Below are positions 55,217 through 64,000 of a stretch of DNA of 64,000 nt, one piece after another (the first letter of the stretch is position 1; the number at the start of each line of letters is the position of its first letter). Source of the DNA: a virus (lineage: Duplodnaviria; Caudoviricetes); IMG/VR virus record IMGVR_UViG_3300027759_003166. The stretch is one strand, 5' to 3'. The position numbers were made by a program, and so were the translations under genes. Under the pieces are notes generated by a model. It saw only the letters and a list, made by a program, of their open reading frames with translations, made no database searches and had not been told where the DNA came from.

Positions 55217-57754
55217 ATGACAAAAATAACTCAAGCACCATTTATTACACCAGGAGAAAATACCAGTATTGTGGTAACAGATTCCTTGGCAGTATCAAGG
55301 GTGCGATATAGCGATCTCTTAACTCAATTATCTAGTGATGTTCAGGGAGTTCAAGGTGCTCAGGGTAGTTCTACTGGTAGTCAAGGTACACAGGGTATAC
55401 AAGGTATCCGTGGATTTCATGGTACTCAAGGAACCAATGGGAGAGCAGGTAGTCAAGGTATACAAGGTATATCTGGATCTGCAGTTGCACAAGGCGCTCA
55501 GGGCGCTACTGGACTACAAGGTATACAAGGTATTAGAGGAACAACTAGCGTTTCTGCTATAACAACAGATGTATTACCAACTACAACTAATACATATGAT
55601 ATAGGATCACAAGCTGCTATCTGGAAAAATATATATGCCGCAAGTATTAAAAATGCATCAGGCGTGTCTTTAATTGGTGAAAGAGAAATAAGTGTAAGAG
55701 ACTATGGTGCAACAGGTAATGGTATAGATGACGATACAGTGGCCATACAAAATGCTATCAATGCTTGTAGTTCAGCAGGCGGCGGTATAGTTCGCATTCC
55801 GTCAGACTTTAGATGTTTGGTCAATAGTGCAGACATTACTATACCATCAAGAGTGGCATTAGTTGGTACAAATATAATGCCGAGCATTGTATCAGTTGCA
55901 GGCGGCGCCGATTATAATATTAGCGGTTACAAAAGTACAATAATTTTAAATCCAACATATAAAATTAATATATGCAATACAGTCAGAGCGCATTCTGGAT
56001 CTGTTAAGGGTTTATATATATTGAAAAAAGGACTTGTTAATTTAGCCGGATTAAGTACAGGTGCTGCTAACACTCAGGTATCTAATTTTTCAGGTACTGC
56101 TATTAACATAGGGCTTTCAGGATACAACACTTCTGATTGTTATGTAGGGCATTGCCATATAACAGGATTTGCTCAAGCAATAAGAGCCACAAACTCTGAT
56201 AGAATTACCATAGAAAATATCACCGGTGATTGTACAAATGGATTATGGATCACAGATAGTTATGATATTGCTCGTATAAGAAATTGTCATTTCTGGCCAT
56301 TCTTATCTTATGGATATACTGCTACAACTCCATGGAGAGATGGAACCTCATATAAATTTGACGGTACAAATGATTGGACAGTAGTAGATAATTGTTTTTC
56401 TTTTGGATATAAATTTGGATTTAATATTGGAGTTGGATCAAACCATGTAACACTTACTAACTGTGGTGTAGATGGAGACCCTGCATCTACCGCCGATGCA
56501 GGTCGTGTAGACTCTGTAGCATTTTGGATAACAGGTGCTTGTTGTAGTCTTATTAATTGTAATGCAACAACACATCAATGTAATTTCTTAATTGATTCTG
56601 GAAATTATGATACACGATTAACAGGTTGTACTGCCTGGGGCGCCAATGTATCTTTTTATCATGTTTATATAAATTCAGGAATAGCAAACATAACGGAATG
56701 CTCATTTAATGATGCAGTAATAAATTGGGCAATTGCAATAGGTGCAGCTACCGTAGGATTTAACATCGACAATAATGTATTCAATGGTACTACTAAAGGT
56801 ATACAATTTGAAAATCTTAATCTAACAACACATAAAGGAAATATAGGATCTAATAATCGTTATATTGATACTACCGTTGGTATTAATAATACAAATTTAG
56901 GTGTAGGGCCACAAACTAGCTACTTTACTAGAAGATTTATTCTTGGATCAGATCCAGCAGGTGCTGCTACTTCTAATATTGCTCATATTGATGTAGCAGG
57001 CCGAGGCGTACCAAGTGTACCGGTATCATTAAAAGGGTTGGATATTATAACTAGATCCGATGCGTATGGATATAATGGAGTAGATTGGCAGATGGCTGCG
57101 TCTACAAGAGTACAAGTAGATTATAGTCCTGGTGGAGCATCTCTTCCTGGAAATTACGTTCCTACTGCTTTTATTATTTCAACTACTGGAATTGGTGATA
57201 CTACTGTAATAGATAGAGTATATGTAAACAGTGAAGGAAAAGTATTACCATCAACTGATAACTCATATGATTTAGGTAGTTCAACTTTAAGATGGAAATC
57301 AGTATATGCTGCAAATGGAACCATTAATACATCAGATCGAAGATTAAAAACTGAAATTGCTACGTCAACTTTGGGATTAGATTTTATCAATGATCTTCGA
57401 CCTGTATCATATAAATGGATTAATGGAGGAACAAAAGTTGTTCGACAAGTTTACTTAGATGAAAACGGAAATGAATTACCAGACAATCAAGTAACTCCCG
57501 AATCTAAAGCAAGACCTAGTAGAATTATTACCGAAGATGTGTCTGGAAACAGAACGCATTGGGGATTAATTGCACAAGAAGTTAAAGAAACACTAGATAA
57601 AACTGGTGTTGATTTCGGCGGCTGGATATTATCTGACATGAATAATGTTAATAGCACCCAGCATATAAATTATTCAGAATTTATAGCACCACTTATTAAA
57701 GCAGTACAAGAATTATCTGCCGAATTAGAAGCAGTTAAATCAAAATTGCAATAA
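55217..57754 (+). CDS. Tailspike/depolymerase: collagen-like linker, pectate-lyase-like beta-helix, peptidase S74 chaperone
   Basis: (QG[AST]QG)n repeats; VRDYGATGNGIDDDTVAIQNAI; TSDRRLKTEI...WGLIAQEV...INYSEFIAPLIKAVQEL. Confidence 0.85.
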   Translation: MTKITQAPFITPGENTSIVVTDSLAVSRVRYSDLLTQLSSDVQGVQGAQGSSTGSQGTQGIQGIRGFHGTQGTNGRAGSQGIQGISGSAVAQGAQGATGLQGIQGIRGTTSVSAITTDVLPTTTNTYDIGSQAAIWKNIYAASIKNASGVSLIGEREISVRDYGATGNGIDDDTVAIQNAINACSSAGGGIVRIPSDFRCLVNSADITIPSRVALVGTNIMPSIVSVAGGADYNISGYKSTIILNPTYKINICNTVRAHSGSVKGLYILKKGLVNLAGLSTGAANTQVSNFSGTAINIGLSGYNTSDCYVGHCHITGFAQAIRATNSDRITIENITGDCTNGLWITDSYDIARIRNCHFWPFLSYGYTATTPWRDGTSYKFDGTNDWTVVDNCFSFGYKFGFNIGVGSNHVTLTNCGVDGDPASTADAGRVDSVAFWITGACCSLINCNATTHQCNFLIDSGNYDTRLTGCTAWGANVSFYHVYINSGIANITECSFNDAVINWAIAIGAATVGFNIDNNVFNGTTKGIQFENLNLTTHKGNIGSNNRYIDTTVGINNTNLGVGPQTSYFTRRFILGSDPAGAATSNIAHIDVAGRGVPSVPVSLKGLDIITRSDAYGYNGVDWQMAASTRVQVDYSPGGASLPGNYVPTAFIISTTGIGDTTVIDRVYVNSEGKVLPSTDNSYDLGSSTLRWKSVYAANGTINTSDRRLKTEIATSTLGLDFINDLRPVSYKWINGGTKVVRQVYLDENGNELPDNQVTPESKARPSRIITEDVSGNRTHWGLIAQEVKETLDKTGVDFGGWILSDMNNVNSTQHINYSEFIAPLIKAVQELSAELEAVKSKLQ

Positions 57755-57763
57755 CAATATGGA

Positions 57764-57771
57764 TATAAATA
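57764..57771 (+). promoter_or_regulatory. Late promoter TATAAATA
   Basis: Exact consensus 22 nt upstream of ATG 57793. Confidence 0.75.
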
Positions 57772-57792
57772 CACTATCAACTTATATATATT

Positions 57793-58437
57793 ATGACAAG
57801 TCCAACCAATAACCAACCCACTGCTACACAGTCAAAGCCCAATGAATCGGGCGCTGTTAGCGTCCAAGGTCATATAAAAATCTTTGATCCTGTTACCAAA
57901 GAAGTTTTCATAGACAAAAGAAATGCTATTCATTATGAAAACTTTTCTATTGCTTTAGCACAAAGTATTTCAAACAACGAAGGCCCAATTGGAGAAATGG
58001 TGTTTGGCAATGGTGGATCACGTATTGATCCAACTGGAATTATTACATATTTAACGCCGAATACAGTAGGCAGTAATGCTGCATTGTATAATCAAACTTA
58101 TTATAAAACAGTTGATGCTAAACGACCGTATTCTTTAGATCCAGCAAGGAATTTTATGGAATCTAGACATATTGTAGGAACAGTATATTCAGATGTTCTA
58201 GTAAGTTGTTTATTAGATTTTGGCGAGCCATCTGATCAACTAGCGTTTGATAATAGTACCAACCAAGATGGTACTTATGTATTTGATGAGTTAGGTTTAA
58301 AATCATATTCAGCTGCAGGTCCAGATGAAGGTATGCTATTAACTCATGTAATATTCCACCCTGTACAAAAATCGTTGAACAGGATGATTCAAATAGATTA
58401 TACCATAAGAATACAAAGTCTTAGTAGTGGAATTTAA
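57793..58437 (+). CDS. Tail/baseplate fibre-attachment-like protein
   Basis: 214 aa; FDELGL...LLTHVIFHPVQKSLNRMIQIDYTIRIQ; precedes the fibre genes. Confidence 0.6.
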   Translation: MTSPTNNQPTATQSKPNESGAVSVQGHIKIFDPVTKEVFIDKRNAIHYENFSIALAQSISNNEGPIGEMVFGNGGSRIDPTGIITYLTPNTVGSNAALYNQTYYKTVDAKRPYSLDPARNFMESRHIVGTVYSDVLVSCLLDFGEPSDQLAFDNSTNQDGTYVFDELGLKSYSAAGPDEGMLLTHVIFHPVQKSLNRMIQIDYTIRIQSLSSGI

Positions 58438-58439
58438 TC

Positions 58440-60194
58440 ATGTCATATACATTACATTTTTCAGATCCAAATGCTATAGCAACAATTACGGTACCATCAA
58501 GATCGGTAACTTCTCCTGGAATTAATGATTATGATACAAGTTTACAGCTAATTGGATCCGGATATCCAAATTACGGTCTTCCTACAGCACAAAACTTTTT
58601 AAAGTTATTAGAAAACTTTGCAGGTCCTTCGCAGCCCACAAATGCTATCAAAGGGCAATTGTGGTATGATACCACAGTTCCTAGCAAACCAGTTTTAAGA
58701 GTTAATAACGGAACAAACACCAGCGGTCGTTGGCCTAGTGCTAATGGCATATATCAACAAACAACTGATCCAACTGTACGTTATACAGAAATCACCGATG
58801 GTGATATTTGGGTTGATACATCCAACAACAAATTAAAAATTAGATTTGAAAATAATTGGACCATAGTTGGACCAGAAACACCAACTGGACAAAACAAGTC
58901 TGGAACAGAAACCACCACACTTGAAAGTACTACAGGTGATTTATATCCTGTAATACTTCAGTGGGCCAATGGAAAAGTTGTTGAAATAATTTCTCTCAAT
59001 GCATTTGTTCCAAGAACAGTAATAGACGGATTTCCAACAATAAAAGTTGGTACTAATCTCAACGCAACGGTTGTTGCAAAATACAACGGTGTGGCAGAAA
59101 AAGCATCTTCTTTAGAAGTATCAACTGGTGTATCCATTGGAGCAAGCGATTTATTAAAAAATCGTACCACTACCAGACAAGTACATACAGGAACGTTTTA
59201 TGTAGAATCAAGCATTGGTTTATATGTCAGACCTTCTGCTACTGCTGCACCTGTTAGAATCTACAGCGACTTGACCAATAATGGTTATGTTAACTATTAT
59301 GGAACTACTTTACAAATAGGAACACAAGATACTTCTTATTTAAAATTTAATTCTGGCTATGCTAGTGTTGGTATAAACAAAACTCCTTCATCAGGATCAG
59401 CAACTTTGGATGTTGCTGGTGGTGCTCAATTTACAGAACCATTAGCAATAACATCTACTGCTACCGTGGCATTATTGGTTAATGGAGGAGCATTAGTTGG
59501 TGGAAAATTATTATCTAGCTCATTGTTAGTAACTGGCCCAACTACTTCTACTGGAAAATTATCGTTAGGCGGATCAGGTAGCGGTATTATAGTTGAACCA
59601 GCAATTTCTGATGTTTACGATATTGGGTCTCCAACTAAGAAATTTAGATCAATTTATATATCAGATGTATTTGGAGTAGATAATTTTAGAGGTAGTGTAA
59701 CTGGATCTGCTGGTTCACTAACAGTGCCTCGATCATTATTAGTTAGAGGGCAAGTAACTGCGACTAGTGTTACATTTAATGGAACTTCGGATGTTACATT
59801 CAATACAACATTAACAAGAACAGCTATCGCTAATCAAACTACTGCTACCAGTACAACTGCTACTCAAACATTGTTAGTTCTAAATACAGCTACAACAACA
59901 ACTAATTTACAACAAATTTCTAAAGCAGCGTTTTTATCAGATGTATATCTTGCATTATTTCAACCAGGGATGATAACAGCGTATGGTAGCGTAACGTCTG
60001 CTCCAACTGGATGGTTGTTATGTAATGGAGCAACAACATCAACATCCTTGTATACTTCTTTATATTCAGTTATTGGAACTACATACGGTGTTAGTGGTCC
60101 TGGAACATTTAAAACTCCTAATATGTCTACGTCTACGTATGTTTCAACAGGGACAAATACAGGAACGTACCTAACATATATTATAAAGACATAA
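58440..60194 (+). CDS. Tail fibre protein with C-terminal tail-collar domain
   Basis: NFLKLLENFA...GQLWYD N-terminus; PGMITAYG...PTGWLLCNG...LYSVIGTTYG collar motif. Confidence 0.8.
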   Translation: MSYTLHFSDPNAIATITVPSRSVTSPGINDYDTSLQLIGSGYPNYGLPTAQNFLKLLENFAGPSQPTNAIKGQLWYDTTVPSKPVLRVNNGTNTSGRWPSANGIYQQTTDPTVRYTEITDGDIWVDTSNNKLKIRFENNWTIVGPETPTGQNKSGTETTTLESTTGDLYPVILQWANGKVVEIISLNAFVPRTVIDGFPTIKVGTNLNATVVAKYNGVAEKASSLEVSTGVSIGASDLLKNRTTTRQVHTGTFYVESSIGLYVRPSATAAPVRIYSDLTNNGYVNYYGTTLQIGTQDTSYLKFNSGYASVGINKTPSSGSATLDVAGGAQFTEPLAITSTATVALLVNGGALVGGKLLSSSLLVTGPTTSTGKLSLGGSGSGIIVEPAISDVYDIGSPTKKFRSIYISDVFGVDNFRGSVTGSAGSLTVPRSLLVRGQVTATSVTFNGTSDVTFNTTLTRTAIANQTTATSTTATQTLLVLNTATTTTNLQQISKAAFLSDVYLALFQPGMITAYGSVTSAPTGWLLCNGATTSTSLYTSLYSVIGTTYGVSGPGTFKTPNMSTSTYVSTGTNTGTYLTYIIKT

Positions 60195-60199
60195 ACAGT

Positions 60200-61210
60200 A
60201 TGGCCTACCTTATATACAACAACGACGGTACAATATTAACAAGTATCGCAAATGGCGAAGTTGATTCTGTTTCCACTGATTTAACTCTAATTGGAAAAAA
60301 CGTTGACAACTATGGACAGTATCTTAATAATAACTTTATTAAATTATTAACAAGTTTTGCCAGCACCACTAGTCCTACAAGTCCACAAATAGGACAAGTA
60401 TGGTTTAATTCTACAACTGGAAGATTAAATGTTTATGATGGAATTGCATTTAATCCTACATATGGTGCAAGGGTAAACGGAACACCTTCTATTACTACAA
60501 GCACTGGTGATTTATGGTATGATACAAACAATAGCCAATTAAAAATATGGAACGGTAGTACTTATAAATTAGTAGGACCATCTGTTTCAGCATTAAAAGG
60601 CAAGTTTAATATTGAGCCATCTTCTAGTACAATAATACCAGATGACAGCGGTTATCCAGTAGATGTAGGTGTAATATATTCATATGGCAATCCTTCTGGA
60701 TTAATTACAAACGAATCATTTAATATGAAGGCCTCTGATGCAGTTGGTTATTTTGGTTCTTCTGCAATTACTACTATAGTAACAGGTACTACATTTGTTA
60801 GAGATATCGATGTCAAGGGCGATTTGTATATTAAAGGTATTAAACAAAGTACCACTCCTACAGTGGAAACAGTAACTGCATCTTTTGATATTACATCATA
60901 TGGTGATCCACAAGATGCAACTACTACTACCGCAATTGCAAATATAGCCTCTGGCAATATTGCCATAAGAAATTTCTTACCGTTGATGTTTTCTACAGTT
61001 ACTAATATAACTTATGGTGATATAGCATATTCAATTGGAACAATTGCAAAGGTTGTTTGTTCATATAACACTGATGTGTCTGTAAGAAGATTTAAATTAA
61101 TTGACGATCCAATTCATCCTGGCATTCATATTTGGAATTGGGATAATGTATATCTTACTACATTTAGTCCATCTGGTTATATTACATCAACAAATATTGT
61201 ACAACTTTAA
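60200..61210 (+). CDS. Tail fibre paralogue
   Basis: Same N-terminal module (NFIKLLTSFA...GQVWFN, GDLWYD). Confidence 0.75.
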   Translation: MAYLIYNNDGTILTSIANGEVDSVSTDLTLIGKNVDNYGQYLNNNFIKLLTSFASTTSPTSPQIGQVWFNSTTGRLNVYDGIAFNPTYGARVNGTPSITTSTGDLWYDTNNSQLKIWNGSTYKLVGPSVSALKGKFNIEPSSSTIIPDDSGYPVDVGVIYSYGNPSGLITNESFNMKASDAVGYFGSSAITTIVTGTTFVRDIDVKGDLYIKGIKQSTTPTVETVTASFDITSYGDPQDATTTTAIANIASGNIAIRNFLPLMFSTVTNITYGDIAYSIGTIAKVVCSYNTDVSVRRFKLIDDPIHPGIHIWNWDNVYLTTFSPSGYITSTNIVQL

Positions 61211-61222
61211 AGGTCTTTCTAA

Positions 61223-62470
61223 ATGGCATATATTTTAAATAAAACTAACGGATCAATTGTTGCAACAGTACAAGATGCAACAATTGATACAACTACTGAT
61301 TTATCATTTGTAGGTAGAAACTATGCTGGCTATGGCGAAATTCAAAATGAGAATTTTCTAAAATTATTAGAAAATTTTGCTAATTCAACAGCTCCACCAA
61401 AGCCTATTGAAGGTCAACTTTGGTATGATACTTCTGGTAAACATTTAAATTTTTATAATACAGTTAATTGGAAAAGTATTCCTTCTTTGGAAATTAGTAA
61501 TAACAACCCAGTTGAAACTACCACTCCTGTACTAGGAGATCTGTGGTACAATTCAGTAGAACAACAATTGAGTATATACAACGGATCCCAATATGTTATA
61601 ATTGGGCCACCAATTGGTGCTAATACTAAAGCAGGGTGGCGCGGCGACTTTGAAAAAGAAAGTAATACTCCTATCTATAATACCAAAGCAGTTATTAATG
61701 ATGAAGTTATTGCAACAGTTTCTGCACAGACATATACATTAAGTGATCTTGCTAGTAGTGCATATCCAATATATAATTTAGGTTCAAGATTATATAAAGG
61801 AATTAATTTAAATGGTGCTGATCCTATTACAGGAAGTTCGGAGTCAGTAAGTTCATATTTTTGGGGAACTGCTGCTCATGCATTGCGAGCTAATACATCT
61901 ACCTATTCAAACGGATTTGTAACTGAACTTGATGAAACAACAAACAAATATAAACCCGTAACATTTATTACCACATCTTCGGCTTCCTTAACAGATGGAA
62001 CTATTGCTATAAATTATGGATTCACATATAATCCATCTACTAATTATGTTAAAGCAACAAGGTTCGAAGGCGTTGCTACTAGTGCATTTTATGCCGACTT
62101 AGCTGAAAGATATGAAGCAGATGCTGTCTATGAACCTGGAACCGTTTTAGTCATAAGTGGAGAAAAAGAAGTTACTATTTCTACATTATATGCTGATACA
62201 AGGGTAGCGGGCATAGTAAGTACAAACCCGGCATATATGATGAATTCTGAGGCAGGATCCGACGAAACACACCCCTATATTGCCTTAAAAGGCCGTGTTC
62301 CTTGCCAAGTTGTGGGTACTATTAATAAAGGTGATCTTCTAGTAACAAGTGCATATCCAGGATATGCTACTGCATGGTTGGGCGGCTCGGCACCAGACGG
62401 AACAGTCATAGCAAAAGCCCTAGGAACTCAATCCGAGGGCTTTGGTGTTATAGAAGTATTAGTAGTCTAA
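61223..62470 (+). CDS. Tail fibre paralogue with C-terminal autocleaving (peptidase G2/IMC-like) domain
   Basis: NFLKLLENFA...GQLWYD; YADLAERYEAD...GIVSTNPAY...IALKGRVPCQV...KGDLLVTS. Confidence 0.8.
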   Translation: MAYILNKTNGSIVATVQDATIDTTTDLSFVGRNYAGYGEIQNENFLKLLENFANSTAPPKPIEGQLWYDTSGKHLNFYNTVNWKSIPSLEISNNNPVETTTPVLGDLWYNSVEQQLSIYNGSQYVIIGPPIGANTKAGWRGDFEKESNTPIYNTKAVINDEVIATVSAQTYTLSDLASSAYPIYNLGSRLYKGINLNGADPITGSSESVSSYFWGTAAHALRANTSTYSNGFVTELDETTNKYKPVTFITTSSASLTDGTIAINYGFTYNPSTNYVKATRFEGVATSAFYADLAERYEADAVYEPGTVLVISGEKEVTISTLYADTRVAGIVSTNPAYMMNSEAGSDETHPYIALKGRVPCQVVGTINKGDLLVTSAYPGYATAWLGGSAPDGTVIAKALGTQSEGFGVIEVLVV

Positions 62471-63348
62471 ACTGCCATTGGCGCCTTAATGGTTGCATAG
62501 CAATTATAGTCAACCAATTTAACATCTTGCATGGTAAATTTGGTTATTTCGGTAATATCTGTATTGAGTTCCACTGTAGGTAGTACCAATGGTTCTCTAC
62601 TTAATTGTTCTCTTACTTGCTCTAAGTGATTGTCATAGATATGTGCATCACCAAATGAAATAATTAATTCGCCCACTGATAGTTCACATATCTGTGCAAT
62701 CATATGAGTGAATAATGCGTAACTTGCTATGTTAAATGGCACTCCAAGAAACATATCTGCACTACGTTGATACATATGGCAACTTAACTTACCACTGGTG
62801 CTTACATAAAATTGTGCCATCATGTGACATGGAGGCAATGCCATTGAGTCAAGTTCCCCAGGATTCCATGCACTAAGAATATGTCTACGTCCATATGGAT
62901 CTTTCTTGATACCATTAATCAATAGTTGAAGTTGATCAATATGTTTAACTGCCATACGGTTAGCACCAAATATTGGAGCACGCCATGAACGCCATTGCAC
63001 TCCGTATACTCTACCAAGGTCACCTTTGAATCTAGCCTTTGGTCGCCAATAGTCTGCGTTAGCATTGCCAGACCAGATAGTACTTTCTGTACTAGTACGA
63101 CTACCGTGTAGAATCTCTTTCAAACGATTCTCGTCACCGCTACCTTCAATAAACCAAAGAAGTTCACTAACAACAGATTTCCAGGCCAACCGTTTTGTGG
63201 TAATGGCCGGAAATCCTTCTTGTAGATCAAACTTTAATTGTAGTCCAAATTTACTAATAGTACCAATACCAGTTCTATCAGGGCGATGTTCACCCGTGTC
63301 TAAAATTTCTCTTAGAGCACTAAGATAAGCGTCTTCGGGATGTATCAT
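62467..63348 (-). CDS. thyA: Thymidylate synthase
   Basis: DRTGIGT, ELLWF, LGRVYG.QWR, LPPCH, YQRSADMFLGVPFNIASY, GDAHIYDNH. Confidence 0.97.
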   Translation of the reverse strand: MIHPEDAYLSALREILDTGEHRPDRTGIGTISKFGLQLKFDLQEGFPAITTKRLAWKSVVSELLWFIEGSGDENRLKEILHGSRTSTESTIWSGNANADYWRPKARFKGDLGRVYGVQWRSWRAPIFGANRMAVKHIDQLQLLINGIKKDPYGRRHILSAWNPGELDSMALPPCHMMAQFYVSTSGKLSCHMYQRSADMFLGVPFNIASYALFTHMIAQICELSVGELIISFGDAHIYDNHLEQVREQLSREPLVLPTVELNTDITEITKFTMQDVKLVDYNCYATIKAPMAV

Positions 63349-63992
63349 TAAGCCTCAACAGCTTTCTTGGCCTTAGATTCTTTAGCCTTTGGTGGATCAA
63401 TAGCATCTGCCATTCTACGGAAATTAGCAGCATCCTTGGCCAACTTGTCAGCTTTAGAACGATATGACTTTGCTACTAGTACTGGATCAGAAATTTCTTC
63501 AGTAGACTCAACTACTACAGCTTTCTTTGTTTCTGGAACAATAACATCCGGTATAATAATTTCTTCTTTAAGAACAGGTTTGCTTTCTTCTTTAACTGAG
63601 CCATCGGTGACTGCTAGATCTTCTAACTTAACTCCCTTTTGTTCAGCAATAATATTGTTGAGTTCATCTAATGGAGTTGACGTTTGACTATTAGGAGTCA
63701 TTAATACAAGTTTGGTAGGTACTTTTTTAAGATGACCATTGGCATGCATATATTGTAGCATGACAGTACCATCTGGAAAACGCCGTACAGCAAGAACATC
63801 TGCAAGCTCATTGGCTTGCTGTCCTGCATCGCTGTCAATTAAACTCATTAGCGAGTCATGATAAGCGTCGGTAAGACCGTTAGTTCCTACAACCAATGCA
63901 CTTTGGGGATCTCCTGGAAGAGTACGATACACTACTGCTATACGAGCAGAATTGTTTTTCATCTTTCCTACATGTTTGGTAAATTTAGCCAT
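63348..63992 (-). CDS. Hypothetical phage protein
   Basis: 214-aa ORF abutting the thyA start; no family recognised. Confidence 0.75.
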   Translation of the reverse strand: MAKFTKHVGKMKNNSARIAVVYRTLPGDPQSALVVGTNGLTDAYHDSLMSLIDSDAGQQANELADVLAVRRFPDGTVMLQYMHANGHLKKVPTKLVLMTPNSQTSTPLDELNNIIAEQKGVKLEDLAVTDGSVKEESKPVLKEEIIIPDVIVPETKKAVVVESTEEISDPVLVAKSYRSKADKLAKDAANFRRMADAIDPPKAKESKAKKAVEA

Positions 63993-64000
63993 GCTACTCT

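Noticed and set aside
55217-62470. Diversity-generating retroelement targeting the fibre genes
   Set aside because: No reverse transcriptase and no template/variable repeat pair detected by eye in this window.
62467-63348. Intron in thymidylate synthase (as in T4 td) or inteins in portal/gp46
   Set aside because: ORFs are continuous with normal lengths and motif spacing; no intein terminal motifs seen.
874-63687. Many short opposite-strand or nested ORFs in the ORF track (e.g. 924-1382, 12977-13345, 18322-18912, 31976-33217, 63367-63687)
   Set aside because: Antisense shadows of well-supported genes, with no SD, promoter or recognisable motifs.
1-64000. Stop-codon reassignment (alternative genetic code), as in some large phages
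   Set aside because: Conserved genes (gp20, gp23, gp46, gp47, thyA and the 5-kaa giant) are full length in the standard code, with no in-frame TAG/TGA interruptions.
1-64000. tRNA genes
   Set aside because: No cloverleaf with a T-loop GTTC(G/A)A and acceptor stem found in the few intergenic gaps.

Overview
AT-rich 64-kb segment of a large T4-like myovirus genome, densely coding in the standard genetic code. It contains: (i) a minus-strand cluster of fibre/virion proteins (1-11878); (ii) the head module (gp23 capsid, gp22 scaffold, gp21 protease, acidic core protein, gp20 portal) and a tape-measure-like gene; (iii) a gp26-like gene with a probable -1 frameshifted extension; (iv) a minus-strand block gp55 sigma > gp47 > gp46 > two Hc1-like proteins > methyltransferase > GIY-YIG nuclease > small His/Cys ORF, followed directly by a ~360-nt highly structured non-coding region; (v) a plus-strand baseplate/tail-fibre operon (gp53-, gp5-, gp25-, gp6-like genes, a ~5250-aa gp7-like giant, a tailspike, three paralogous fibres); and (vi) thyA. 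I saw no CRISPR array, tRNA, rRNA, reverse transcriptase or integrase. The most notable observations are the large structured RNA candidate beside a catalytic-domain-only GIY-YIG gene, the G/GT-like frameshift, tandem CxRD repeats resembling phycobiliproteins in a virion protein, and two accessory insertions in the giant baseplate protein (8 helical repeats and an SGNH esterase). All family assignments come from motif recognition by eye; no database search or folding program was run.
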